A DNA stretch of 64,000 nt. It comes from Podarcis melisellensis. Lineage: Eukaryota. Shown in pieces: positions 28,290-41,362 of this stretch. The position numbers and the translations under genes were made by a program. Where the stretch lies: the NCBI GenBank assembly GCA_964234715.1, contig OZ174278.1. The stretch is one strand, 5' to 3'. Position 1 is the stretch's first letter. Every line of letters begins with the position of its first letter. A model generated the notes under the pieces. It was not told where the DNA came from, did no database searches, and saw only the letters and a list, made by a program, of their open reading frames with translations.

Positions 28290-28660
28290 TACTTGCTATT
28301 ATTAGATTTCTTCTCAGCGCATCACCACAAGATCTCCAGGTGGGTTACAGCAATGCCAAAACACAATATTACAATCAGCCAAAACAATTTACAATCAAAA
28401 GAACCTAAAAACATCTTTTTCAGGTGTCAAAGGCTAGGGCTACGAGATATGTATTCAGCAAATAACTAAAGCTATATGATGAAAATGCCAGAGCAGCTTG
28501 ATGGGGAGGTAATTCCACACATTAGGGGCTGCACAGAGTTTTCCCTTTTGCAGACTGCCATCACCCTGACCTTCTGAGGGTGATGGAACTTCCAACAGAT
28601 CTCCCATCACTGATCTTAGCACCCAAGAGGGTCTGTATAGAAGGCTGTCTTTCAAATACG
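28290..28660 (-). mobile_element. L2-type LINE 3' remnant (old)
   Basis: Minus-strand similarity to the L2 3' region seen at 53990 and 57078 (atgtgtggaattacctcccc; tttgacacctgaaaaagatg). Boundaries approximate. Confidence 0.55.
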
Positions 28661-30638
28661 TAGCTAGCTATACTCATAAATGAACTGCTTTTTGAAAAAC
28701 ATCTCAATTACCCCTTTGCGTGTGACCTCACCAACCTCTCCAGTAGTGAACAACGGGCAGTGGGGTTGAACCACTCACCTGAACTCTCTCTGGCTGAGTC
28801 GCTGCAGAACACCAGGGGGAGAGGAAGAGAAGGGAGGCAGGCAGGCATGGTCAGCATGGTGCAAACACACCAGCGAAGCCAATCCAGTGCTCTGGCCTGT
28901 GCATTTGCTCTAGGCCAACCTTACTGCTGCCTCCACCTCTTTGGGTCAGTATGCAGCAGCAACTCAGCTGGAAGGAGGTAAAATGAGCAGCACAGCCCCA
29001 CTATGTTCTCTGCTGCTGCCCTGCATAGAGAAATGGAATCCATAGAAGTATTTTCAGAACTGTGAGCTATGATTTTAGACAAAAATAACTTTGGGATATA
29101 TTATACTATGATTATCAGCACATGCTCACTTTGGGAGAAAAGATGGCTAAGGAGCTAAGATAACAGAACTCAAATTACATTTTTTTTTAAAAAATGCCAG
29201 AACATTCTACTTATACTTCCAAATTGTTTTTTATCTTCCAAAGCTATGATTCTTTTTGCCATTCATTGGTGATATCCATTGTCATAGATTTTCTTGATCT
29301 TTTGTGTTCCAGATGTGAACTACTTTCCACATGAAATGCCTAAGCTATTACAGCAGTGCAATATAAATGGAAAAGCCATTTGTTTCTAATAATACAAAGC
29401 TTTTAGAAGCAAATTATATTGGGATTATTCTGTGGGCCTTTCTCAGTCCAAGAAATGTGCCACTTTGTGTGACTGTATTTCTTTTCATTATGTTTTCATT
29501 ATGTTAAAGAAATCATTTTAACATAATATATTTGGAGTGTAGTTCAGTAATTCTAACTTGTTGTCCATTTTAAGAAGCCAGTATCTGAGCAACACAGTCA
29601 CACTTTACTTGCATTTTTGCAAACATTGCTATATTGCTTATGCAACCCTAGCACAAATGCTTTGCTTTTTAATACTGAATGCAGTATTAATAGGACATAA
29701 ATGCACATATGTGGAGTGATAATTGGTTGTCTTCCTAGGGAGCCTATTGTTTGTGCCAGAATTGGAAAATTTTAGACATCATGCCTGCACTTTTTTATAG
29801 AATGGGGCATCTAGTGGTAGATTCGATTCTGCAAGAGGGTCTTGAAGTCTAAAGAAAGGAGGTTATGTGATGTCCTGCAGCCTTGTGGGTGGTTTAACAT
29901 ATTGTTAATGCTGCTAAAGGATGTTATGTATGCATACTATTATGCCTAGCCGCAGCGACTGACTTCCTCCAAATTAGAATTTAATCCAATTTGATGTATT
30001 TCTTTCACAGCAGCCTCCTGCACAATATGTTAAGAGCCTCAGGCTTGCACTGAGGTGAACAGAGGAAGGTGAATTGGATTAGGTTTCAAATGCCAATTGC
30101 TCTCAATATTTAAAGGGCATTTATGTCTTTTATTTATTTTTACATTTATCATAACTATATAACAGTGATTGCCTCACATCTTAAAAACAGCTAATACTAC
30201 CTCAGATTGATGACTTTTAAAAAGGAAATAAAAGCTAGAAGCAGTGATAGTGACCAAGGATGCAACAAAATATACTGTACTTTTTGCTGGATACATCAGT
30301 CTGAAACAATGTTGTTGAATGTTTTCCTATGGTTGATGGAACATGCATTCAGTAAATCTAACTGAATCAATGTCAGTTCCAAATCGAGGTGAACTTGACC
30401 TGCAACCAAGATCCAGCCAATGAGGTTTACGCAATGTCAGTTCTGTAGGTCTGCCTTCTGCTTCCTGTAGGACAGCCCTGCTGGTTGACAGGAAATGCAA
30501 TAGAGTATGCCACATAACAATTTGCCTTGAATCCCAACTTGGAAGAAAGACAGAATAATAATAATATTAATAATAATAATAATTGAAGTACATCTTTATC
30601 TACAAGGTCTGAAGGAAGTTGCTCCTACTCAGCATTAT

Positions 30639-30758
30639 GGGTTATATTTCATGATAGTCCTACTCAGAGAAGACCCACAGAAGTTAATTGACATGACTAA
30701 CTTAAGTTCATCAATTTCAATGGATCTGCTTTGAGTAGGAGTTAGTTGAATACAACCC
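30639..30758. mobile_element. Fold-back (palindromic) MITE-like element
   Basis: gggttatatt...cctactcagagaagaccca.gaa / ttcaatggatctgctttgagtagg...aatacaaccc; related copy at ~50035-50130. Confidence 0.7.
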
Positions 30759-31738
30759 TGCGGTTTTTTTAACACAGATTATAGACCAGTTTAGACTGGG
30801 TTTTCGAATTCAGTTGGACTTAACTATTTCCCCAGCTCCTTCCCCCAGTGCATGTTGTCTGCCATAATCATTTGCTCTCGAGAGAACTCCATACTGTGCT
30901 AGTATTGTCCATTGCTGTCATTTTGAGTATAATAAGCATGCAGTGGGGGAGCCAACAATAAGTAGGCAATGGATAGCAAGGGACAGCAGGTAGGTCAGCT
31001 CATTTAAAACTGTCATATGAGCAGGTGTAACTCTTGCCTTGAGGGCAGATAGAGCTCTGATGCTCAATTAGACTCAATGCTGCTATTCTTGTGCTTTAAA
31101 TACAAGGACTTGCGTTTTTTTAATGGGACTTTATATAATGCATGTATTTTTTTCCTTGAAGCTATATTCTGCATCTTGTGTTACAGTTTTTTTTAATTAT
31201 CTATTGTACCAATAATGATGATGTTATTTAACTAACAGCATCCTAAACTAAAAACTGTTTCAATTAGTGCCTTCATTATTATCAGTGTTCATTGCTTCAA
31301 GCCTAGCACAGCACTCTAGTTGCAAGAGTGCATAAATTCAAAGCTTAATTATATTGTTAAAACAGCAATTAAAATGTACTGGCATGACATTGTCAATTAA
31401 AGCCATATTCATAAACATCACAATAAAAGTATGCCCTACAGCTGTGATAATCAGCAACAGGCAGGATTCTGTGGCTAGGACAGTCTTAAAATAATTTTGT
31501 GAAGTATAGATCACAAAAAGAATACAGTGTCCATTTTCTGCAAGAACTGAGGGTATCCGTTTGCAAAAGGGTAATTTATAATTTCTTCCATTGACCCCTA
31601 TAATACTTGATCACAAGAACTCCTTCACAATATCAACCAACTTTTATTAGCCATTTCATTTCTAGAAACACGTGTCATAGATCAGCAAGTAGAAACAGAT
31701 TATTATTATTTTTTGCGTAGGAATGCAAAACATAGATA

Positions 31739-31964
31739 CAGTGGTACCTCGGGTTACATACGCTTCAGGTTACAGACTCTGCTAACCCAGAAATAATACC
31801 TCGGGTTAAGAACTTTGCTTCAGGATGAGGACAGAAATCGTGCGGCGGTGTCGCAGCACCAGCGGGCGGTCCCATTAGCTAAAGTGGTGCTTCAGGTTAA
31901 GAACAGTTTCAGGTTAAGAACGGACCTCCAGAACAAATTAAGTACGTAACCAGAGGTACCACTG
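31739..31964. mobile_element. Tigger-like MITE
   Basis: TIRs CAGTGGTACCTC(G/T)GGTTAC, TA TSD both sides, internal ttcaggttaagaac repeats. Confidence 0.9.
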
Positions 31965-32818
31965 TACAAGAGTTAGGAAGAGCCTTGCATCTGGCATCGC
32001 TGGGATATATGTGTGAAGCTCCTGCACAAAGAGAAGATGAGAAGAGTACCTGTAAACATGAAAGGGGTATGTGTGGTGGGCGAGGTCCACTTATGAATCC
32101 ATGCCATGTACTCAAATGTTCGGAAATATTTCACCCCTTCACAATGTATATATGTGGTCAGCATAATCCTGGTATTCACAACTGCAGTATGAATCGTGAA
32201 TTGACCCTAATTTGTGGCACCACAAATATACACATCTGAATAGTGAACTGGATGGAAATGATCCGAACATTTATGTGGATCAATTCCTTTTCCAGAAATC
32301 AAGCTGTTCAGGCTGAAGTCCTGTGGCCCTTACTTGGGATCAAGTCCCACTGAACTTGAGGCTTACTTCTGGGTAGGCATGCATGCGGTTGCACTGCCTG
32401 CCTGGAGAAAGCTGAGAGCAAATTGGAGTGCATTTGACAAGAACAGATCTGAGGCAACAGTTTTCTCTGCATCACAAAGAGTCTTCAAAACTATAGTTCA
32501 AGGGTCACCTGGAAAGCAAGTATTTGGAAGCAGTTTCCCTTCTCTTTGAAGAGTGTGCTGGGCTTATTAGAATCAAAGTACAATTATAATTAAGGCATGT
32601 GACTGACTCTGGTGCTCTAAAACCTGCCTGCTGCATTGCCAAGCTGCCTTGGAACTTCCATGCTGTGGCTGTACATTTATGAATATGGCCTTAATTTTCT
32701 TCTCTTTTGTTTTCCTCATTAATCTTTGCATTTTGTGCATTGTTCAGCAGGTTTGCTGGTGCTGTCTGTATTTTTTTTTAATCTGATGTTTACAAAGTGT
32801 TTCTGTTAACTACCACAG

Positions 32819-32937
32819 GTTTACACCCTATGAGTGGTATAACCCCCACCCGTGCAACCCTGACTCAGATGTGGTGGAAAACAATTTTACTTTACTTAAT
32901 AGTTTCTGGTTTGGAGTTGGAGCTCTCATGCAGCAAG
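32819..32937 (+). CDS. GRIK1: GRIK1 exon (119 nt, M2 pore loop with Q/R site): [40 protein letters not shown]
   Basis: CAG acceptor, GTACAC donor 32938; phase 2/1; Q/R codon CAG at 32931-32933 (editable A32932). The ORF track shows this exon in the wrong frame. Confidence 0.98.
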
Positions 32938-34136
32938 GTACACCGGTTACACCTCATTACTGCACACATCCCACAGTCTGCTCAAGAGCTTCTGTGCTGG
33001 TAAACTCCACCATTTGTAGCTCTAGCATATACTGTAAAACCTGATCTAGACAAGAGACATGCAACAACACTGTATATATTAACAATTAAAAAGGGGTTCC
33101 GGGGAAGACATTAAAACTTTTAAAATCCAAAGTAAATCTACTGAAGGAAAGCATGCAATAAAATGCAAAGTTTGTTTTTTATATCACATGGTTGTACTTT
33201 GATAGGCAAAATCTAAGGATCAAGATGGCTTTGGTGTTGTTTTCACTGAAAGTAGTAATCTATATGAATCAAACTACAGAAGAAAATAATTTTCAATTAG
33301 ACTTCATGCCATTTTAAAACACTGATAAGGCAAGGTGGTTGTTTTTTTTAAGGGCCACAATACATTTTGTGGGAATCATTATTTCATGAGCATTTGTCAA
33401 ACTTCTATTGCTTAAAAATCCCCAAACTTAATTAATCACTTTTCTGCAGGTCTTTATGGTTTTGCCTCTTGTAAATGCATCCAGCCTTTGACACCCACAA
33501 CGTCCTAACAGCTGTTGATTCTGGAAACTGCACAGAGATGCTCATTTTACAATGAAAGGAAATGAGATGCAATAGACGTGAAGAATCAGCGGTGCATATA
33601 CTAACCATGTGTGTATATGATGTGTTCATTCTGAGGCTCCCATTAATAAGCTTTTGCCTCTATGTGAGGTGTGTGTTCAGAATATATGTTTAATCATTGT
33701 GAACCCCCTCAAAAAATCACACACTGAGAAAATCATGAGAATAGTGAAATATTTTAATAAAGGCATGCAAGTGAAAACATCCCTAGATCAACTCAAAGAA
33801 CAATTAATATGAGGAATAACAAATTGGGGTTGAGTAGAAATCAAACATCACAATTTCATAAGCCTGATTTTCTAACACCAGTGGGAATTTGGCCATTGAT
33901 TCTGTTCCCTGTAGTATATTAGGCATTTATTGGGCTAAGTGGGAAGGGGGCAGATGTCAAGCACAGATACTCATAGAATGGATTCTATCCAAGATGAATT
34001 GAAAAATCAGCGTCTTGTCCCAGTTTGTCAGTAAAACACAGACTAAGGTTTTACAGTATTGGACAGGTCTATAGTTGTGAATGCTTTGTGTGTGCAAGTG
34101 CCCAAATACGTTGTGTTCTGAATGGCCTGCCATTTT

Positions 34137-34228
34137 TGGAGTTTACCATCATCCACAGCAAACTGTGGGATGCCGTGCCTACTAGTTACCACTACCTTGG
34201 GTACATGACAGTCAGCCCCAACCAGACT
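34137..34228 (+). promoter_or_regulatory. Editing-site complementary sequence (ECS) for the GluK1 Q/R site
   Basis: Colinear antiparallel complementarity to 32901-33009: 34137-34148 with 32998-33009 (12/12), 34157-34172 with 32967-32982 (15/16), 34193-34199 with 32934-32940 (7/7), 34204-34208 with 32926-32930 (5/5), plus wobble pairing further into the exon. Confidence 0.85.
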
Positions 34229-37200
34229 CTGCTTGTCTTTGAAGAAGCTTTAAAAGCAAAAAACCAAAATTGTAAGTTGAAGCAAATGTTTCCATGTACA
34301 AACTTGTGGTACGTGTGGACTGTAAGTGCACCATCATTAACATGTAGAGTCTGAACAAGAGATGAATGGTTGCTAACCTCTGCATCTATTGTTATGCTCT
34401 TTCTTGTTAACAGAAGCTGCTTGTTGTGCTTGATTGGAAGCCACTGGTTTATTACATTTTAAAATGTGATGATCAGACTTTCTCTTTTCTACAGAGCGTG
34501 AGCAAAGTCTGGATCAGGATTGGCTGTCATGTCTGCCATAAAAAGGCACTAGAGAGTCTTCAGCAAGTATTGTCTGACTCTGGTTCTTAATAATAGCATT
34601 ATTTTCTCACACCTCTTATTTAAGTTCTCTATACAAATACAGCATATTTTCTTTGAAAGGTTATCAAAATACTTGGCAAATTAATTGACAATGTATAGAA
34701 AGCTACACAGGTCATGGCTCCCACCTTACTAGCCTATTTAATGACAGTGAAATTCCTCTGAAATGAGTACAGCGTGCTGCTTTGAAGAGCAATATCTTAT
34801 GAATGAAATAAGGCTAAGGCTGCAGTCCCATGTCCATTTCTCCCCCTAAACTCAATGACACTTCCTTTAGACACATATAGTATTTTAGTGTCATAACACA
34901 AGCCTGTGCTTGGTAACAAAATCACAATAATAATAGCAATAGTAATAATAATAAAAGAATAAAAAAAGAGAACTCCATAGGGCTTACGCAAGAAAAAAAA
35001 ACCAACCCATGAATGTGATCAGGCTGTTAAGCATATTTTGAATCTTAGGTCCCCTGAAGAAAACCTTCTGATCCAGCAATTTTCTGTATGTGCCACAACT
35101 CTGATGCACATATAGAACTCCTAATTCACATGTGCTTTAACTCATGCACTTCACTGGGATGAATGGGGCAACAATAAAGCTCTACACTTACAGGTCTGCT
35201 CCCCTCAAAAAGATTACTAGGGGAAATTGCACATAGAAGAGCTTCATGTATGCATCAGAGCTTGCATGAGGATCTGGACTGAGGCAAAAGACAGCAATGA
35301 TTTCTCTTGAATATCTTGTAAAAAGACCGAATGCTACCCAAGTAGGTCTAAAGGTGTTCATTCTTTAGCTGTGCTGAATCAGCAATCAAAATTTGTAAGT
35401 CATCATGGTCCTGTGAGCCAATTGCTTGCCTTCAGCTTCTTACTTGCTTAAGGCAGTTGCTGATGGTGTCCACTGACACTTTACAAGCTCAGCAATTTTC
35501 AACCTAACCAAATCTAAAAGAGGTAAAATGCAGACTTTCTGTTTTCACTCAAGCAACTGAGTTTCCTTATGATAGAAAATCAGAGGAGAGAAAGAGAAAT
35601 TAGAATTAGCTAGAGGTTGAAACCTTTCAAAACTTCTCAGTATTTTATTGCGGAACACCTATCTAGGAAACCAATTTTCTAGATTATTCTTCCAAGTTGC
35701 AATGGTTTCTGAAATGTAGGTAGCCATTATTACCATCTATATTCATTAAAATGTGGCATTACATCAGTGTCTACATAATTTATATTCCTTTGCTGAGCTT
35801 TTAGTAAATAATGTTTTCATGAAGAACTGAATCAGCACTCTTTGCAGCTGCTTCTTGTGCTGGTTTAGATCAGCTGCAGATCAAATCTAAGGGCATCACC
35901 CCTGGAAGACTTGGTGTGTGTAAAAATAAATTGTATTGTTGGAGTGCCAGGAAAAGAATTATAGTGGAGATAAAGATACTAGTTTTAAAAATAGCATTTC
36001 TGAGATTAATAGGAAGCTTTGGCTGCAATCCTACATCTACTCACTGGAAGGTAAGTCATGTTAAATTCAGGAAGGACTTGCTTCTGAGTAATGAGGAGTA
36101 CAATCCCAACAGTCACTATCCAGCTCTTACTGTAGACAACTAGTGACCCTGGGCTGAGATGATCATTCATATCCAAAACAAAACAAACAAATCCATTTAG
36201 TTCAGTGGTACTCGGCTGAGTATTGCTCTTTAGCTGCATATCTGCACTGGGTGCACACATGGAAGATTGCCTCTATGTGCAGATCTTTGCTGGATCAGGC
36301 TGTTAATTTTTAAGCAGCTCTGCATGTGCCATAAATATGCAGATCCCAATCCAAAACCCAAGTAATATGTCAGATTACCAATCCCATTTACAAAGAAACG
36401 TGTGTTTGGCAAGTATTCCCCATAAAATGGAAGTTATCTTTCCATGTATGTACATAGAATACAACACAAAATGAAAGAATAGAATCAGAGGCACCCACTT
36501 AACTCTAAGTAATTGGAGCAAATTCCCATCAATTACGCTCAAAATGCCTACATCAACATGCTTGGAGCCTTGACCCATTCTTAGCACAGACATATTGATA
36601 TAAAGAGAAGTTTTATTTTTCAGCTATCATTTGGAAAATGATGGTCCTTTTCCAGCCATACAGTTTATAAACTAATAAATCTGCCAAGGCCATCGATCTT
36701 TTGTATTCATCTCACATAATTGTCTTAGAAGGCACAGCACTTCAGTGCCAAAAAATGTTTGCTGAACAAATTGTATCAAGTGTTTAGTATCCAGCTCAAA
36801 ATTTGACCACATGCTGATGTATGCTTTAGTCCAATAAGCATTTAAGCATGTACTTTGACTCAACTGTAAATTCAGTAGGAGCAGAGACTTGCAGTTGAAG
36901 AGAAGATACACAAATGTGATTTCCCAGCTGAAACTAAACAGATGAGCATACAGACCCTGCCCGGTTCCTTGTTCTCTCCCTTGTTGCTACATCCCCCTCC
37001 TATACCTGGTGAAAATTAGCAAAGCTCTCTACTGGCTGGTTCCCAGAATGGGGAGCCACACTAGATGTGATGTTAACTGTGTTGATCAACTTGGTGTGCT
37101 CAGTTTCTATTATGCAAATACAGGGTCAACCCAAACATGAGGAGGAATGAGACAACTGTTTTGGGCTGTGGTCATAGGAACGCAGTGAACTGTCCCAATC

Positions 37201-38916
37201 CCAAGTGCCCCCAACTCATCTCATTATTGGCCAGTGGTCCTGCTGCCGCTGCTGCCAACACCGCTAGATGCCTGTCTGCCCCCTAGCAAGATAAGGGTCT
37301 GAGCCACCCACTCCACGGTGGGGGAAAGCATTGGAAAAACATTAAGTAACTTTAAAGCATCTTTTGAAAAGTTTATAAGTTTAAACAGCCTCTCTCCTGG
37401 CCACTTTTGACCCTTCCACATAGTGAGGCACTGAGCCAGGGGGCAGGAGGAAAGAGGGAGGCAGATAAACCTCCCTCTAGTGATGCTGCTGCTAATGCAT
37501 TTTTTGGAGAAGAACACAGGGGGGGAGAAGACATGGGGAAGCGCAGGAAGAAGAGCACCATCGCTGTTGCTGCAAAGAGGAGGATGGGAGGGTGAGAAGA
37601 GGTGGCATGGCAGCAATATTTCTGCTTGCTTCAGGTGGCACAATCCCTTGTTCCAGCCCTGTATAATAGCTGCTACAAGGAAGCCTGAACCCACCTTGCA
37701 CCCATGAGTTTAACAATGTGTGCGAGTATTAATTTCATGTCTACGTTTTGCCCAGAAGCTGAAGGGCACTTTGTTAATTTTCCCTGGATAAAGCAGGAAT
37801 AGGAAGGGGAAGCAAGCAAGTACGGGAAAGGCAAAGGGAATGTGCAGGAGAGGGCCGTGCAAACATCTTGAATCAGTATTTGATTTGCTAATAAGCTTGT
37901 CTGTCAGCTCAGCCATGAAGAATAGACTGACTTCATGGTGCTTCAAGAAAACTTTTAATAATATTTCTGTCTTCTGTGCATTGAAAGGCTATGCAGGGCA
38001 AACAGGGCTGATTCTGACATAACATTTTGACCTGGCAGTGATGTTGAAGTGGTCCTGTGAGAATTTGTTAATTCTGAAGGGCCTGGATGTCAGCAGACTC
38101 TCTAAAAATGGTTATATATATTTAATGGGATCACTTCATAAAGTCATCCAATGAGCACCAGATATTAAGTTGGAACCATTTTTACTGGGGCAGGGATGGG
38201 AAAATGGGTTCAAATTAATGCAATAAACATATAGATAGAACTAAATCTTTAATGTGGGGAAAGAATTTTACTTTCAACAATTAAATAACATGAAAATTAT
38301 CCATTTACTGTCCTAAGCTTGCTGCATCTTGTGTTGCTTCACCGCAGTTGTCCATTATAGCTTAGGGTTCTCACTTTTAACCGTCCCTAAGAACTTAACT
38401 GTATATTTAAAAGACAATTTATGTGTTTCCCCCCCTTTTTCCTCTTACCCATTTAAGCTCTGTAGCTGTTCCTAAAGTAAGCCTATTCCTCCATGTGATT
38501 TCGTGGTACCAAGCCATTACTGAGGTGGAAGGAAAATAATTCACATTAATATAAGTTCCCTGTTCCTAACCACATTTATTACAGTAATGTCAATGCAACT
38601 TACATCTGAGTAAGTGTGTTCAGCATCAGAGCCCAATTATGTTACTGGGAACAGCAATTTAGATATATTATTAATGACAAAGAATTTTGGGGGGTGAATT
38701 TGGAATTCAGACCCAAGGACATCCATGTGTTTATCATTTAGCATTCATACTTCTTTTTCAAAGTATGTTTTCTTGTTTAGTGTTAACTCTGTATGTCCGC
38801 GATTATTGCATCAAATCATTGTAGTCTGTTGTTCATACATTTAGCATGTTCCTAAACGTAAGTCCGTAGAACTAGTTTGACATTTATTTCAGCCTATTGT
38901 AATACAAATGTTTTGA

Positions 38917-39153
<237 letters not shown>

Positions 39154-41259
39154 TAGTGTTTGCATTATCAGGTGACATTTTTTCTTGAACTAGATAGTAA
39201 ATGTGAATGGAGAAATCAAATGAACCTGAGATATTTATGTCAGAATAGCTGCGGGAAACTGTGTGTGACCTGCACTGTTCCATTGCCGAACTCAAAGATC
39301 TTTGCTCAAAGCCATACTGCTCAGTCTGCAAAGGAACCCTCCATTGCACAAGCAGCCCAAAATCGATTGGAGCCACCAGTAAGCCCTTCAGAACTCCAGC
39401 TCAGCATTTGGGAAACAGCCAAAACTTACTGCAATAAAAGACAAATTGGGGAAAATGTGGCTAGTCAGTCTATAGAATCCCAAGTGATATATCACCAGTT
39501 GCCTTTGCTTTGTGTCATTGGTAGAATTACACACAATATCAAATTGGCACTTATGTTGGGCTAATTTGGACCAACTCTGGCAGTTATCTATCTGAACTAG
39601 TAGGAAAGATGTACCACAGCTAAGGAAATATAAACAAAATTACATAATTATATAATTTCAAAACTATGTTATATAGATATAAACCAAATATATTTTACAC
39701 TCTCTTGTCCCTGGAGTATCAGTGGTGATGAGGTAATAGTAGCAGCCCTTCCCACATTTCCTGGGAGGGGGCTTCCGAGAGGAGATCTGCCAGAATTTTA
39801 TGGTACCTGGGACACACGCCCAGGGACCATTGGTTTGCACCTTTAACTCATAAAATAAACCACGTCTTCAATTCTAACACATTTTATTCTGGAATAATCA
39901 TATTAAATTAAATTTAGTTCACAGGGGCAGCTCTCGGTTTATTAGTTTCATACTCTGAGCCTGATTATGCCAACAAGCTATGAATATGGCAGAGCTTTAT
40001 AAACAGCAGTTGGTAATCTCAGGGAGGAAACACCTGAGCAGATGCAGGTAATTATAGTTATCCACATCCCCACTGTGGGATCTAAGCATGATGCACAGAG
40101 GCAAAGCTAACCTTTAAGAAGCTATCACTGTAAAGACGCTGTGACAGATTGACAAAGCTATGGGAATTTGGAAAGGAATGTGCTCCTGCTATCTCTGCTG
40201 TTTTCTATGGTTGCCATCATGACTTTATAAATGGCTGCTTTCAGTTACTGACCACACATTTACAAGTTCAGGGTGAAACTGTGGGGTTGGGATTCTCAGC
40301 ATTTATATTTCTGACTCTTCTAAAAACTAGCAATATCTAAGTGTATTAACACAGCTGCAAAAGTACAGTTAATGACAAACTTCCTTGATACCTCTGTTCA
40401 TAAATAAAGCCTTCCTTGCTGCTTGGAAATGGGGTTAATAAACTAACTGCATTAGTATTTAGTATTTCTATTGTTATTCTGTTGGTGTTCTCCATAAAAG
40501 CATCAAAATAAATAGAATTAAAGAATAGTTGTATTTTTAAACCATTTACCCATTTTTTCCCTTATAATAAATATGTACATTTCTCCTATTGCATTTATAA
40601 ACATGTTTTTGCTAAGATGGCTCTGGAGGCTACAGCCGAAATGTTCTTTTTTTAATACTGTGCACACTTATAAATCATGCAACACAGAGAATCTGAAATG
40701 CCACCATACAAGAAAGGTATTGCCCCTCAGAAGCCCATACCAGGAAAGAGTGGTAGCAAAGCTTTCAGGGCATGACAAATATTGGAAGTGCCCTGAGATG
40801 GTGTCAGGCTTGGGCTGGCGGGCAATGTGGAAAGGGAGGAAGAGGGGAAGCTGAAGTGCTGGAGCTAAGGCTGGAGAAAAGAAATCCCAACCCTTCCTCA
40901 GATACAACACCTCTGGATGGAAAGGCAGGAATCCCAGCTCTCCTATGCTCAGGAGAGGAGAGCCTCATGGAAGCTGCAGAGGACACCCAACAGATGCTAG
41001 GAGTAGTTGAACAGGAGTCAGAAGAGTGCAGCCTTGTTACTTAAGACCTGGTCATGTCTCACAGGTGAGAACAGATTCACCCAGCCAGATACAATGTGGA
41101 CTGTGATGCATGCAAAAAGCCTGTACATTTGTGTGGCAGCGTAATGCCAACACAAACAACCAGGCCACTAAGGGAGAAAGGCAAAACACTTGCAATGTCA
41201 GTCAGTCAAATTTATTTACTAAAAACCACTGGTCATAACAAAACATGCAATTGATTTAA

Positions 41260-41362
41260 AGTTACAGATAGGTAGCCGTGTTGGTATCTGAAGAAGTGTG
41301 CATGCACACGAAAGCTCATACCAAGAACTAACTTAGTTGGTCTTTAAGGTGCTACTGGAAGG
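41260..41362 (+). mobile_element. Penelope-like element terminal fragment
   Basis: ggtagccgtgttggt...ctgaagaagtg...cacgaaagctcat...ttagttggtctttaaggtgctac matches the recalled sauropsid PLE pseudo-LTR pattern. Confidence 0.75.
41281..41324 (+). ncRNA. Minimal type I hammerhead ribozyme motif (PLE-associated)
   Basis: Stem I TTGGTAT/ATACCAA (7/7), core CTGAAGA, stem II GTGTG-catg-CACAC, GAAA, palindromic AGCT in place of stem III, cleavage triplet CUC (after 41317). Confidence 0.75.

Noticed and set aside
31739-31964. Short regularly spaced repeats resembling a CRISPR array
   Set aside because: Subterminal repeats inside a TA-flanked MITE in a vertebrate intron; no unique spacers or cas genes.
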